From Scyliorhinus canicula (lineage: Eukaryota), in contig NC_052149.1 of NCBI RefSeq assembly GCF_902713615.1, positions 126,731,256 through 126,795,255 on the forward strand: a DNA stretch of 64,000 nucleotides, given 5' to 3'. The notes beneath the pieces were generated by a model. That model made no database searches. It had not been told where the DNA came from and saw only the letters and a program-made list of their open reading frames with translations. This document shows, piece by piece, positions 1 to 12,339 of this stretch. How positions within the stretch are numbered: the first letter of the stretch is position 1; each line of letters starts with the position of its first letter. The position numbers and the translations under genes are program-made.

Positions 1-555
1 CGGGCAGTGTGCACAAAGCCTTCACCATACACAACTGTGCCCAATACCCGGGCAGTGTGCACAACGTCTTCATCATACACAACTGTGCCCAATACCCGGG
101 CAGTGTGCACAACGCCTTCATCATAAACAACTGTGCCCAATACCCGGGCAGTGTGCACAACACCTTCATCATACACAACTGTGCCCAATACCCGGGCAGT
201 GTGCACAAAGCCTTCATCATACACAACTGTGCCCAATACCCGGGCAGTGTGCACAACGTCTTCATCAGACACAACTGTGCCCAATACCCGGGCAGTGTGC
301 ACAACATCTTCATCATACACAACTGTGCCCAATACCCGGGCAGTGTGCACAAAGCCTTCATCATACACAACTGTGCCCAATACCCGGGCAGTGTGCACAA
401 CGTCTTCATCAGACACAACTGTGCCCAATACCCGGGCAGTGTGCACAACGTCTTCATCATAAACAACTGTGCCCAATACCCGGGCAGTGTGCACAGCTCC
501 TTCATCATACACAACTGTGCCCAATACCCGGGCAGTGTGCACAACTCCTTCATCC
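1..555 (+). repeat. 48-bp tandem minisatellite (~11.5 units, starts before the window) derived from Harbinger transposase coding sequence
   Basis: CGGGCAGTGTGCAC recurs every 48 nt (1, 49, 97...). The 16-aa translation HNCAQYPGSVHNVFII runs straight into HNSFILAHSMIPDMFE. Confidence 0.95.
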
Positions 556-612
556 TGGCACACTCGATGATTCCTGACATGTTCGAGATGCCCCGCCCCC
601 AGCTGAGGAGTT

Positions 613-1631
613 TGTTGTGTTATACACCCTGGGGTAACACACACTGTAAAATGATGCAGATAAACGATAAAGCATACACCAAACATAGGCGTTGGTTCAA
701 TAAGATTTATTGAACTTCAGTAACGAAGCACGCAGCTGCCTGTGGGTTGACTCTCTACTACTCGAAGTAAACTAACTCTAACTATCTAGACCAGGCTAGC
801 TCTGATCCACGTGTAGAAGGTGTTGGCTGATTTGTACACCCTGTTGTGGGAGCGGTGTTTTCATAACCCCAAAATGTATCATGGAGTTCAACCAACCTCT
901 CCCTTTAATGGATTGTTGCTTTTGAAGCACACGGCTTGGTCTCCAGGTCTGGGATTACAATTATGGACACATGGGTTTTTAAACACAAAACAATGTTTAT
1001 TCCATGAATTCAACTTAACCTTTTTAAAAAAACATTGGCTCATTTACCACCCCTTACTCCAAAGATAACCCCGAAAATAATACTACACTAAATAATCTCT
1101 CAAAATGGTCCTTCAAACCTCCAACCTCCAAAAGACTGAACACCTTTAACAACAGAAACACATCAGGTTAAAGACATTACTATTATGAGTTTAAATCACC
1201 CAAATGATTCAGAGATAGTCTTTCATGGCAGAGATCACAGCAGATCCAGCTCACTGCAAACACAGACACACCCAAGCTCTTTTCCTCAAAACTAAAACCA
1301 AAACACTGCAAAATGGCTGAGCTAAAACCCCAGCTCCACCCACACTCTGACATCACTTCAGTAATATGAGCTGCTCCATTTCTTAAAGTTACATCACTTA
1401 GACATCCATTTCTTAAAGGTACTCGTACATGACAACCCTGAATGTCACTACAGTTGTCACCAGTGGAAAGAGGCAGAGTGCTGATGCCTCGTGTGTTTTA
1501 TAGTTGGAAGCCACCCTCTGGTGTTCTGTCTGCTGATTGGTTGTGTTCTGTTCTGTATGTTGATTGGCTCACCTGGGTGTCTGTCACTGTCTGCTTTTGC
1601 ATCATGATGTGCATGGGTGCATATTATGACA
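613..1631 (-). mobile_element. Solo LTR (outer), interrupted by a second solo LTR
   Basis: TGTTGTG...TATGACA ends; near-TSD GAGTT (608-612) / GGGTT (1632-1636). The transposase motif order resumes across it. It has a similar 3' end to the LTR at 29425-29828. Confidence 0.75.
842..1434 (-). mobile_element. Solo LTR (inner, 593 bp)
   Basis: TGTTGTG...CATGACA ends; 4-bp TSD ACCC at 838-841 and 1435-1438. Confidence 0.8.
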
Positions 1632-2568
1632 GGGTTTGCTCCTGGGTGATAGGGGTTATCCACTGCGGCTGTGGCTGATGACGTGGAGACCCTCTACAAC
1701 GACGCCCATGTAGCGACCAGGGGTGTGACCGAGCGGTGCTTCGGCCTCCTGAAGATGTGGTTCAGGTGCCTGGACCACTCTGGAGAAGCCCTTCAGTTTG
1801 GTCCCGAGAGGGTGGCCCGCTTTATGGTGGCCGGCTGTACCCTCCACAACATCACGCAGCAGAGGGGCAATGTGCTGGCAGAAGAGGGTGAACACCCGGC
1901 CTCCTCTGATGAGGAGGATGTAGGGGAGGGCGAGACAGGCAGGGCTTGGGCAGGCACTGGAGGCCCTACAATGTGTGCACAAGGGCCAATGTACACGGGA
2001 CGCTCTGATCACCTCCAGATTCACCGACTGACGGTGTCTGACCAAGGGCACAGGCACCACAATGCCCCCCACACACCCCACCCCGCCTCCTGGCCACTCG
2101 CCCACCCACAACCTCCTCTATGATACATCCCTGCCACACTACGGGATGCAGACCCTGGTTGGCAGTAACAGCGGGTCTGGTCTATGGGACGGAGGATGAT
2201 GACAGCCCGCTCAGCAATGAGCTCTGGTGCTCCGCATCGTTTGACAATGTCTGACTCCTGCCACAGTAGCACTTTCCACCTGGGTGATCCCTGCCTGCGA
2301 GCTGACCAGTCCATTGAATCATTGATGTGCCAGACTTCCGGTGGCGGCTATGAGGGAGTAAGTCGCACATTTGGTGGCTCGCGCTCCAGTCTGACTTTAA
2401 GACCTTTTCCCCCGATTTTTTTGAACTTTTCAGCGCTGGATTGAAAAACAATAACACTCTAGATCTGAATCCATACAGAGTTGTCTGGACTTAAGGAGCA
2501 GAAGGGAGTGAAAACAGGCGAAGGAGGGGCTGAACAAAGGTGGTGTGGAAGCTCAAGTGGGAGGAAAG

Positions 2569-3330
2569 ATGGCCGATGAACGGACCACGGAACGGACGGT
2601 CCAGGCAGCACCGGACAACATGCTGAAGGTCATGAAAGAGAGCTTCGCAGCACTGAAGCGGGATAATTTGGAACCGCTCCAGAAAGCGGTGGAGCGACTT
2701 GACCAGAGGCTGGATGCTCAGGATAAGGAGGTCCAGGCACTGGAGAAGAAAGTGGAAGGGCAGGCGGATTTCCAAACGGTAGCGGATGTGGAAATTAGAA
2801 AGTTGAAGGAGCAGCAAGCAAAGCTGATGGACAATCTGGAGGACCTGGAAAACAAGTCTCGCCGGCAGAATCTGAGAATCATTGGGCTCCCGGAGGGGGC
2901 CGAGGGAGTGGATGCCACGGTATATGTGGCAGACATGCTGCAGAAGCTGGTGGGGGATGAGTTCTTCCCGCGTCTGTTGGAGCTGGGCAGGACACACAGA
3001 GTGCAGGCGTGGCAGCCGCGAGGGGGGGGGGTGCCCGGGCGATGGTGGTCAGGTTCCATAGGTTCGTGGACAAGGAGCGGGTTCTACAGTGGGCCAAGAG
3101 CATGAGGAGCTGCTCATGGAACAACAGTGTCCTGCGCATCTACCAGGATCTGAGCCAGGAGGTGGCCAGAAGGAGGGCAGCCTACAGACAAATTAAAGAG
3201 ATCCTGTTTAAAAAGAAGGTCAGGTTTGGGCTACTTTTCCCGGCACGGCTTTGGGTCACATACCGGGAATAGCAACATTATTTTGACAACCGATGGACTT
3301 CGCTAAGGGACATGGAGTGGTGCCGAACTG
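2569..3330 (+). pseudogene. L1 ORF1p (coiled coil + RRM), frameshifted at the G-run ~3020
   Basis: ORFs 2545-3105 and 3009-3272 give consecutive L1 ORF1p pieces (VVRFHRFVDKE, IYQDLSQEV, FGLLFPARLWV). Confidence 0.85.
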
Positions 3331-4496
3331 AGGACCCATGGACTCAGGTTAGGGTGTACTAAGGGATGTCTGCAGTTGTTCACAGATTGCCCTTTGTGTT
3401 AGCGATGTCGTTCGGCATGCTCTTTTACTTAAAAATTGGGGGTGTTCTTGTGTTTGTGTTTGCCTGTTTGAAAGTTTTAAAGTTAAAGCCAAAGTTATAG
3501 TTAAAGTTTAAGTTATTGGTAGCTGGGGGGCTGTTCGGGTTCTTTTTGCTATTTTTCTGGGAATGTTGGGAGGGGGGTAGGTGGCAGCACCCACCTCATT
3601 ACACAGTTTGAATTGCACTATTGTGGGAACGAGCTTTGTTCTTTGTTTGTTTTCTCTCTGTTTTGGTCCCAGAGCGATTGCTCGAACAAGGCTGTTCTGG
3701 GGAGGTGGTGTGGATGGGCGGGGGGGGGGGGGGGCGGGGGGAGTGGGGGGGACAATAGGTGTGAGACATGGTGGCGCCGGAGTTGAGAGCCACCAGGGTA
3801 GCTGCTTTGAGCTAGTCAACAGGAGCGAGGTGGGGGGGGGTGTATACAGCCAGTATATGGCAGGGGTTATGAAGACGTTGTGCTGATGAGGGAGGCAACT
3901 GAACCAGGTAACAGGGAAGGGGTCGGGGGTGGGAGCTGCCAAGAGGCGGACCAGGGGAGACGCGGCACATGGGCAGGGGTGGGCCCAAGAAAGGGGGATG
4001 GCTATCGGCGGGGGGGGGGGGGGGGGGGGGGGCAGGGTGCCCTCCAAGCAGGCTGATCACCTGGAATGTTAGAGGATTAAACGGGCCGGTCAAGAGGATA
4101 TGTGTGTTCGCGCACTTATGGGCTCTGAAGGCGGATGTAATGTTGCTGCAGGAGACACATTTGAAAGTGGCGGACCAGATTAGATTACGGAAGGGTTGGG
4201 TTAGCCAGGTCTTCCATTCGGGGCTTGACGCTAAGACCAGAGGGGTCGCGATCATGATTAACAAACGGGTTAAGCTTGAGGCGAACAGCACAGTTGCGGA
4301 TGGGGGGAGGGGTAGATTTCCCATGGTCTGGGGCAAGCTTGAGGGGGTGAAGGTGGTCCGAGTGAATATTTATGCTCCAAACTGGGATGATGTAGATTTC
4401 ATCAAAAGGCTGCTGGGGAAAATCTCTGACTTGGATTTGCACAAGTTGATTATGGGTGGGGACTTTAATACAGTCCCCGACCCCGACCTGGACCGG

Positions 4497-4777
4497 TGAT
4501 GTACCATCAATTGGACGAGAGACACGATGAATGTCAAAACTTAGGCTTTAATCAGCTAGATGTTAGCCCGGTGGCCGACTACAGAGAAAGGCCGACCGCC
4601 GGGAACTCTGGGTACTTATACCCCGCCTCAGAGGCGGGGTCTACTTGCCTCTTGACCAATTGGTGAGCAGTCACATGACTAGTCTCAGCCAATCAGCCGA
4701 GAGGCATATGACCAGCCAGAGCCAATGGGAAACCAGTGCTCTGCACCAATGGCAGTGCTCCCACTCATACAACCACA
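4497..4777 (-). mobile_element. Solo LTR (281 bp) inside L1 ORF2
   Basis: TGATGT...ACCACA ends; 5-bp TSD ACCGG at 4492-4496 and 4778-4782; several CCAAT boxes. The L1 sequence resumes as in copy 2. Confidence 0.85.
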
Positions 4778-6469
4778 ACCGGTCGTACTCCAGAACGGGC
4801 AGGGTCCCGGCAATGGCAAGAGAACTGACAGGGTTCATGGAACAAATGGTGGTGGGGGGGGGGGGGGGGTGGTGGACCCCTGGAGAATCAGCCGGCCGAC
4901 GGGGAAGGAGTTCTCGTTCTATTCACATGTTAACAAAGTATATTCTCGTATTGACTTCTTTATTATGAGTAGGGACTTTTTGGAGGGGGTGAGGGACACT
5001 GAATACTTGGCGATCACTATTTTGAACCATGCTCCACATTGGGTCGACCTGCTGGTCTGCAAAGAAAGTTACCAGCGCCCACAATGGATGTTAGAGGTGG
5101 GATTGTTGGCAGAGGAGAGGGTGTGTGAGCGAGTGGGGAAATGCATGCAGGACTACCTGCAGGTATTGATCTCAATCCGAGCCCATAGGGGCAGAACGGA
5201 TAGGGCGGAGATGGACAGACTGGTGCAGGAGATGACACGGACGGATAGGGAATATGCGGAATCCCCGAGGGCAGAGCTACTTAGGGAACGACGGAGACTG
5301 CAGGCGGAGCTGGGAGCGCTATCCACTGGGAAGGCCGTAGAGCAACTCAGAAAGGCCAGGGGCGCGTGTATGAGTACGGGGAGTAAGCCAGCAGAATGCT
5401 TGCACAGCAACTTAGGAAGAGGGAGGCGGCCAGGGAGATAGGGACGGTACTGGACGGGGATGGGAACCGGGTGGGAGACCCGGCAGGACTGAACAGGGTA
5501 TCCAGGGACTTTTACAGTAAGCTGTGTACCTCAGAACCCCCCACGGGGCCGGAGGGGATGAGGTGCTTCTTAGATGGGCTGACCTTCCCAAAGGTGGGCA
5601 GGGGGATGGTAGAGGGGCTGGGGGCCCCGATTAGAGCTGAAGAAGTAATGGGGAGCCTGAAGGCCATGCAGTCGGGTAAAACCCCGGGGCCGGATGGGTA
5701 TCCAGTGGAGTTCTACAAAACGTTCTCGGGTATACTGGGGCCAGTGCTGGTTAGGGTGTTTAACGAGGCGAGGGACAATGGGGTGCTACCCCCGACGATG
5801 TCGCAAACCACCATCTTGCTGATATTAAAACGGGATAAGGATCCGGAGGTTTGTGGGTCCTATAGGCCAATCTCCCTGATTAATGTAGACGCTAAACTGC
5901 TGGCCAAGATCCTGGCATCCAGAATTGAGGACTGCGTACCGGACGTGATTGTGGAGGACCAAACGGGGTTTGTTAAGGGCAGGCAGCTAGTAGCCAATCT
6001 AAGAAGGCTATTCAATGTGATTATGATGCCCCCGGAGGGCAGAGAGGTGGAGGTAGTGGTGGCAATGGATGCCAAAAAGGCTTTTGACTGGGTGGAATGG
6101 GACTATTTATGGGAGGTGTTGGGACAGTTTGGGTTTGGAGATGGCTTTGTGGATTGGGTTAAACTGCTATATCAGGCCCCGGAGGCTAGTGTAAGGACGA
6201 ACAGGACGACATCTGAGTATTTTAGGCTACACCGCAGGACAAGGTAGGGATGCCCCCTCTCTCCACTGCTGTTTGCATTGACCATAGAACCGCTGGCAAT
6301 TGCTCTGAGAGCGGCAAGGGGATGGAAGGGAATGGTCGGGGGGGGATAGAACGCAAGGTCTTGCTCTACGCGGATGACCTGCTTTTGTATTTGTCGGATC
6401 CAGCGGCAGGGATGGACGGGATTATGGAAATCCTCGGGGAGTTTTGCCGGTTTTCAGGCTACAAGTTGA

Positions 6470-6650
6470 ACATGAAATGAAAATCGCTTATTGTCACGAG
6501 TAGGCTTCAATGAAGTTACTGTGAAAAGCCCCTAGTCGCCACATTCCGGCACCTGTCCGGGGAGGCTGGTACGGGAATCGAACCGTGCTGCTGGCCTGCT
6601 TGGTCGGCTTTAAAAGCCAGCGATTTAGCTCAGTGAGCTAAACCAGCCCC
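6470..6650 (-). mobile_element. tRNA-derived SINE with (CATTT)n tail, inside L1 ORF2
   Basis: Minus strand: GGGGCTGGTTTAGCTCACTGAG (A box), GGTTCGATTCCC (B box), and a tail AATGTGGCGACTAGGGCTTTTCACAGTAACTTCATTG shared with 9039-9215 and 32296-32398. Confidence 0.8.
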
Positions 6651-7805
6651 AACCAGCGAGATGTTTGTGGTGCAGGCGAGGGGTCAGGAGAATAGGCTGA
6701 GGGAGCTACCATTTAGGCTGGTTGGGGAAAGTTTTAGGTATCTAGGGATACAAGTGGCGCGCGACTGGGGTAAGATGCATAGGATGAACTTGTCCAGGCT
6801 GGTGGAGCAAATGAGGAGCGAGTTTCGGAGGTGGGATGCGCTGTCACTATCGGGGAGAGTGCAGACGGTGAAGATGACGATTCTCCCGAGATTCCTGTTT
6901 ATTTTTCAGTGTCTCCCTATTTTCATTCTTTAAAAGAATCAATAAAATCATCCTGGGATTTATTTGGGCGGGGAAGTCCCCGCGGGTAAAGAGGGGCATG
7001 CTGGAACGGAACCGTAGCGAGGGGGGGCTGGCGCTGCCGAACCTCAGCAACTACTACTGGGCGGCTAACATCGCCATGATAAGGAAATGGATGGTGGGTA
7101 TGGGGTCTGTTTGGGAGCGGGTGGAGGCTGCTTCATGCAGGGGCACCAGCTTGGCAGCCCTGGTCACGGCTCCCCTGCTGTTCCCGCCGCCAGGTACTCC
7201 ACCAGCCCTATAGTGGTGGCGGCTTTGCGGATTTGGGGCCATGGAGGAAGCATGCGGGGGAAGTGGGAGCGTCGGTCTGGTCCCCAATATGTGACAACCA
7301 CCGATTTGTCCCGGGGAAGATGGATGGCGGGTTTCGAGGGTGGCAGAGGGCAGGGGTGGGAAGGATGGGCGACGTGTTCCTGGAAGGGAGCTTTGCGAAC
7401 ATGAGGGCGCTGGAGGAGAAGTTCGGGCTGGCGCGGGGGAATGACTTTCGGTACTTGCAGGTGCGGGATTTCGTACGTAGACAGGTCCCGTCCTTTCCAC
7501 GCCTTCAACCGAGGGGGATCCAGGACAGGGTAGTTTCCAGGGGTGAGGTAGGAGAGGGGAGAGTCTCAGATATTTATAAGGAGCTTATAAGGAGGACACA
7601 GGGACTGAGGAACTGAAACTTAAGTGGGAGGAGGAGCTTGGTGGGGAGTTGGAGGGAGGCGTATGGGCAGACGCTCTGAGGAGGGTAAATGGTACCGCAA
7701 CATGTGCCAGGCTCGGTCTGATTCAGTTCAAGGTGGTTCACCGGGCCCACACGACGGTGGCCCGGATGCGCAAATTCTTTGGGCTGGAGGACAAGTGTGC
7801 TAGAT

Positions 7806-8152
7806 ATCATAGAATTTACAGTGCAGAAGGAGGCCACTCGGCCCAACGAGTCTGCACCGGCTCTTGGAAAGAGCACCCTACCCAAGGTCAACACCTCCAC
7901 CCTATCCCCATAACCCAGTAACCCCACCCAACACTAAGGGCAATTTTGGACACGAAGGGCAATTTTATCATGGCCACTCCATCTAACCTGCACATCTTTG
8001 GACTGTGGGAGGAAACCGGAGCACCCGGAGGAAACCCACGCACACACGGGGAGGATGTGCAGACTCCACACAGTCAGTGACCCAAGCTGCAATCGAACCT
8101 GGGACCCTGGAGCTGTGAAGCAATTGTGCTATCCACAATGCTACCGTGCTGC
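7806..8152 (-). mobile_element. HE1-type elasmobranch SINE inside L1 ORF2
   Basis: GCAGCACGGTAGCATTGTGG head, V-domain-like core GGGTTTCCTCCGGGTGCTCCGGTTTCCTCCCAC, and CR1-type tail GGCCTCCTTCTGCACTGTAAATTCTATG. Confidence 0.88.
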
Positions 8153-8743
8153 GCCTGATGTGGGGGAGGGCCAGTGAACCATGTCCACATGTTCTGTGCG
8201 TGTCCGAAACACAGGGGATACTGGCAGGGATTTGCAGACGTCATGTCCCGGGGACTGAAAACAAGGGTGGCGATGAGTCCAGAGGTGGCGATTTTTGGGG
8301 TGTCGGAAGACCCGGGAGTACAGGAGGGGATAGAGGCCGACGTTGTGGCCTTTGCTTCCCTGATGGCCCGGTGACGAATACTGTTGGCCTGGAGAGACTC
8401 GAAGCCCCCAAATACTGAAGTATGGCTGTCGGACATGGCAAGCTTTCTCGGCTTGGAAAAAAATCAAGTTCGCCTTACGAGGATCACTATCGGGGTTCGC
8501 TCGAAGGTGGCAACCATTCATCGACTACTTCCCGGGGAACTAATCATCAGCGGAGGGTGGGGTAGAATAGTGTAGAGTGGGGGGGGGGGGGGGGGGAGAA
8601 TAGGCCGGTCTATCTGCGAGAGTGGTACTGTTATTTTACTATGTTTTTTGTAATTGGTATTTGCACATTAATGTATATTGTTATTGTTTACAATGCCAAA
8701 AATACCTGAATAAAATTGTCTGTTAAAAAAAATCATTGATGTG

Positions 8744-10775
8744 GCGGAGGTTGGGACGGTGGTAGTTGTGGGTGGCGAGGGAATGGGACACCGGAGCGGT
8801 GAGCGTTGGCTGAACTGTGGCCTTTGAGCCAAGCCAACCCCCAACAACCGTCCATTTCCCCTGCCCCACGCACGCTATCTGGCCAGCTCAGACCCTAACC
8901 AGCCCACCCCTCACACCCATCCGACAGAGCACCAAGGCAGGTTGTAACAGTGTGAACAGCTGTTTAATGTGACAACAAATATACAGATTGGGCCCTAGCC
9001 CCCGTCACTAAACTGTGCCCTGCACCCATGCCAGCATAGGGCACTGTTTAGCACACTGGGCTAAACCGCTGGCTTTGAAAGCAGACCAAGCAAGCAAGCA
9101 GCACGGTTCGATTCCCGTAACAGCCTCCCCGAACAGGTGCCGGAATGTGGCGACTAGGGGCTTTTCACAGTAACTTCAATGAAGTCTACTCGTGACAATA
9201 AGCGATTTTCATTTTTCATAAGGGGGAACGGTAGCATAGTGGTTAGCACAATGGCTTCATAGTTCCAGGGTCCCGGTTTGATTTCCGACTTGTCTGTGCG
9301 GAGTATGCACATTCTCCCCTTGTCTGCGTGGGTTTCCTCTGGGTGCTCCGGTTTCCTCCCACAGGCCAAAGATGTGCACGGGTAGGTGAATTGGCTATAC
9401 TAAATTGCCCTAAGGTTAGGTGGGGTTACGGGATGGGGTAGAAGTTTGGGCTTAGATAGGGTGATCTTTCCATGGGTTAGTGCAGACTCGATGGGCTGAA
9501 TGGCCTCCTTCTGCACTGTAAATACTGTGATTCTGTGAAAACTGCTTTCTAATTTTCTGTCCTTACAGATCCGAATGCTACCTCCAGGTGGATCCTCAGA
9601 TGGTATATCAGGAGTGGAGGCTGCCTGCTGTGATTCCTACTCTGTGACCTGGGTCCCCTTTGCTGGCCATCTTCTGGGGCAAATGAGCCTGGATGGACCC
9701 GGCTGCTGTTCGACTGTCCCGGGTAGTGTGGTGCTGCCCTGTTCTGCCCGCTGTGACTGCACTGTCCAGCAGTGTCTGGCACATTGCTGCCTGTGAGGGG
9801 GCAGCCTTGTACTGGGCCGAGGCCAGCGGCCGCAGAGTGTGCCCCAAGCCTTGGACATGCTGACCCAGGGCTGAAACCCTCGCCCCAAGGCCTCCACTGC
9901 GGACCTGGGTGTCACCATGGCAGCACCACCTCCTGCTCCTGCACGCGGTTGGATTCCTCCACCTTCTCCTGCAGGTGCTGGATACTCACCAACAATCCCT
10001 CATGTAGTCGCTGAATCTGCGACTGCATCACCACAATCGATGGGACTGTCCGTTCCAGCACCCCAACACCCTTCTGGATGGCAGCTAGTTCCTGGGGCCG
10101 GCCCACCCTCCGTCCGTCCGCGCCCTCGGGAGTTCTTACCTCCGCCTGCTGTACTGGAGCATGTGTGTGGTGGCACCAGATAGTGTCCCAGGGGCTTCTT
10201 CACTAAGGTGCCCCGCCGAGGTGAGTATCTCTGGGATGGTGGAGGGTGTTGGAGACAGCTTAGCAGTGCTAGCCTGGCATGCTGGCAGTGCCACCTGGTG
10301 AATCTGGCAATGCCATCTGGTCACCCTGGCAATGTCACACTGGCCCTGCCAAGATGTCCATGAGGCACGACCAGTATGGCATGAGCACTGCCAGGGTGTC
10401 AGGCTGGCACTGCCACGCTGCCTGGGATCAGGCCCCGAGCCTGGGATCAGGCCCCGAGCGTTCCCTGCCTTGACTGGGTGGATGGGGGTGGGTCGAGAAC
10501 CCCCTAATCGGTAATTTGGGGAATCCGGAGGCCGCGTTGGGAGTTGAGAGATGGGGGCAGCATTTAAAGATCACCCCCTGATCTCTCCCTGCACTGACGG
10601 GCACAGCTCGCAGGAAGTGGATGTCAGTGCGGCCTCGGAGGCTCCTTCCTCACCAAGGCCTAAATATCCCAGAGTCCCCATTAATAACGGGATCATTTTC
10701 AGCACTGCAGGCTCTGGGAAACTCCCCACTAAACACTCCCAAAACAGGAGCCTGTTCATTCCCAGTTACATTGCT
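8744..10775. mobile_element. Continuation of the Harbinger element after the L1 (Myb-gene-side remnant)
   Basis: Resumes after the TSD. 10190-10235 resembles 52237-52282 of the Myb-bearing element, and GGCA(G/C)TGCC palindromes occur at 10284 and 10406. Confidence 0.55.
9039..9535 (+). mobile_element. Head-to-tail pair: tRNA-SINE (9039-9215) then HE1 SINE (~9222-9535)
   Basis: Same A/B boxes and tail as the 6470 SINE, immediately followed by the HE1 head, core and tail. Confidence 0.82.
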
Positions 10776-10802
10776 CCCTGAGTAAATCAGTGGCTGCAGA
10801 AA

Positions 10803-11179
10803 TGTTGTGGTGATCGGAGGGCCAGAGACAGATAATTGGCATTTTGAAAGTGCCGTTGGAAGTGAATTGGAGAATAGGATTTTCCAGGGATGGATACAGA
10901 AGGGGGTAGGGTTGGGGTGTGGAACCTGCCTGCTTCCCACTGGCTGGGGACTAATGGCAATCCCACAATCCTTTGGGAGTACGAGATTCCCCAATGAGGG
11001 GGTTGGGGCAGAAATCATAAGCAGATTCGCTGCATAAATAAAGCTGGCCAGTTTGGAACCAGCTAGAGAGGAGTGAGCAGCAAGGGAGTTGCTGCTGCTG
11101 TTGTCTAAATATGTTATTGTAAATAAATGTTATTTCTTTCTATCCTTCAACTCGTGCTGGATTCTTCGTGACCCTCACA
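10803..11179 (+). mobile_element. Probable solo LTR
   Basis: TGTTGTGG...CCTCACA ends, a TATA-like CATAAATA and AATAAA. No clean TSD seen. Confidence 0.4.
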
Positions 11180-11370
11180 AAACAAATAAAACTGATCATT
11201 TTTAAATGATTGATAATTGTCTTTGAATCCAATCTTCTGCTGATGTGTCATTGATTGACAGACCAACCAACCAATCATGACAATCACTTGCTGAAATACA
11301 GCCAATCAGCTGATGGGGAGGAGGGACATTTTCAAAGCATACACGAGACACAGACTGAATATTCTTAATG

Positions 11371-11376
11371 TTTATT
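11371..11376 (-). terminator. Candidate poly(A) signal of the light-chain transcript
   Basis: First AATAAA I found downstream of the C stop on the minus strand (~505 nt), followed by GT-rich TCTGTGTCTCGTGT. Confidence 0.6.
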
Positions 11377-11881
11377 ACCTTTTACAGATTTACATTGTCA
11401 GAAGAAAGACTTGAATAAACAGCCCAGCCAGAGGAAGCTGGAGAAATTCACAATGAAAATATGGAGATTTTCTCAATGACATGAGAATGCTGTCCATTTA
11501 AACGGTGACTAAACCTTAAATTGTAACTGCAGGGTGAGCAGGAAGGAGGTCTGGTTTCCTGAAGCAGAGATTTCAGGGGTCACGTTATTTTGGTACAGCT
11601 GACAGTCTTCAGCATCTTAGAGAGGTTTTACTTGGCATCACGAGTCTGCACTGTCCCCTCAAACATTCCCAGGACAGATGCTGCATGGGATTATATACAG
11701 AGTAAATATCCCTCTACAATGTCCCAAAAACATGTCTTAACCCCTGACCCTCAGAAGTGTCTCAGACCCAGTCCCGAGAAGGAAGTGAGTTGTAATTCAG
11801 TGCTGATAATGACCTTTGCCCTCCCAGCTCACCCCTGTTCTATTTAAAGTTGTGTCTCCTCTGTGGACTCTCTCTAACACT

Positions 11882-12210
11882 CTACGCACATTCTGATCTC
11901 CTGATGCTCTTGCTGAGGGCAGAGGAGAGGCTCACGTGGGTGAGGGCACAGGAGAAGCGGGCGTTGGACTCCCAGGCAGAGCCAGAGAGGGTCAGCAGGC
12001 TGCTGACGCTGTAGGTGTTGTCCGAAGCTCGCAGGTAGTTGCTGGTCTGAACCCCATCTGAAATGGCTGCACCATCCTTCTTCCACTCCACCACCAGCTC
12101 ATCAGGATAGAAGTGATTGGCAAGGCACACCAGGGTGGCAGTGCCCTTGGTCTTGACCTCCTCCAGGGAGGGGGGCAGCAGGGTCAGTGTGGGTTGTGAA
12201 TTCTCACGGC
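11882..12210 (-). CDS. IGKC: Ig light-chain constant exon, kappa (shark type III/NS4-like)
   Basis: Polypyrimidine acceptor TTTCTTTCAG at 12220-12211. Spliced to J in phase 1 it reads SRENSQPTLTLLPPSLEEVKTKGTATLVCLANHFYPDELVVEWKKDG...FSCALTHVSLSSALSKSIRRSECA*. Both C1-set cysteines, the Trp and the penultimate inter-chain Cys are present. Confidence 0.96.
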
Positions 12211-12339
12211 CTGAAAGAAAGAGGAAGGAATTTTAATTGCTGCCTTAATAAAGGATTTCAACTTCCCAAATATTAACTGGAATCAAGACATGTGTCAATG
12301 TATAGATGATCCGGAATTCTGACAATCCATTCGGAGCAA

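Larger units (their letters stand above)
520..1900 (+). pseudogene. PIF/Harbinger (HARBI1-like) DDE transposase remnant, split by nested solo LTRs
   Basis: YPGSVHNSFILAHSMIPDMFE (to ~600), then GLLLGDRGYPLRLWLMT (from 1633) and LYNDAHVATRGVTERCFGLLKMWFRCLD...CTLHN (ORF 1671-2123). These match the PGSxHD, GDxGY and YNxAH..R..IERxFGxLK motifs of the family. Confidence 0.88.
3998..8555 (+). pseudogene. L1 ORF2 (endonuclease / reverse transcriptase), disrupted
   Basis: ORF fragments 3969-4499, 5396-6247, 6250-6480, 6661-6933, 7233-7616 and 8174-8374; three nested insertions and several stops or frameshifts. Confidence 0.88.
2330..8730 (+). mobile_element. Full-length but degenerate L1-clade LINE (copy 1)
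   Basis: 5' end GACTTCCGGTGGCGG; ORF1 (LENKSRRQNLRIIGLPEG); APE (TWNVRGLN, LQETH, GGDFN); RT (PGPDG, YADD); C-terminal HMFCAC; AATAAA and A-tail; 13-bp TSD AATCATTGATGTG at 2317-2329 and 8731-8743. Confidence 0.93.

Noticed and set aside
6560-6650. tRNA-like A/B boxes (also 9039 and 29900-29990) as tRNA genes
   Set aside because: They are followed by SINE bodies and tails, and I could not fold a complete cloverleaf.
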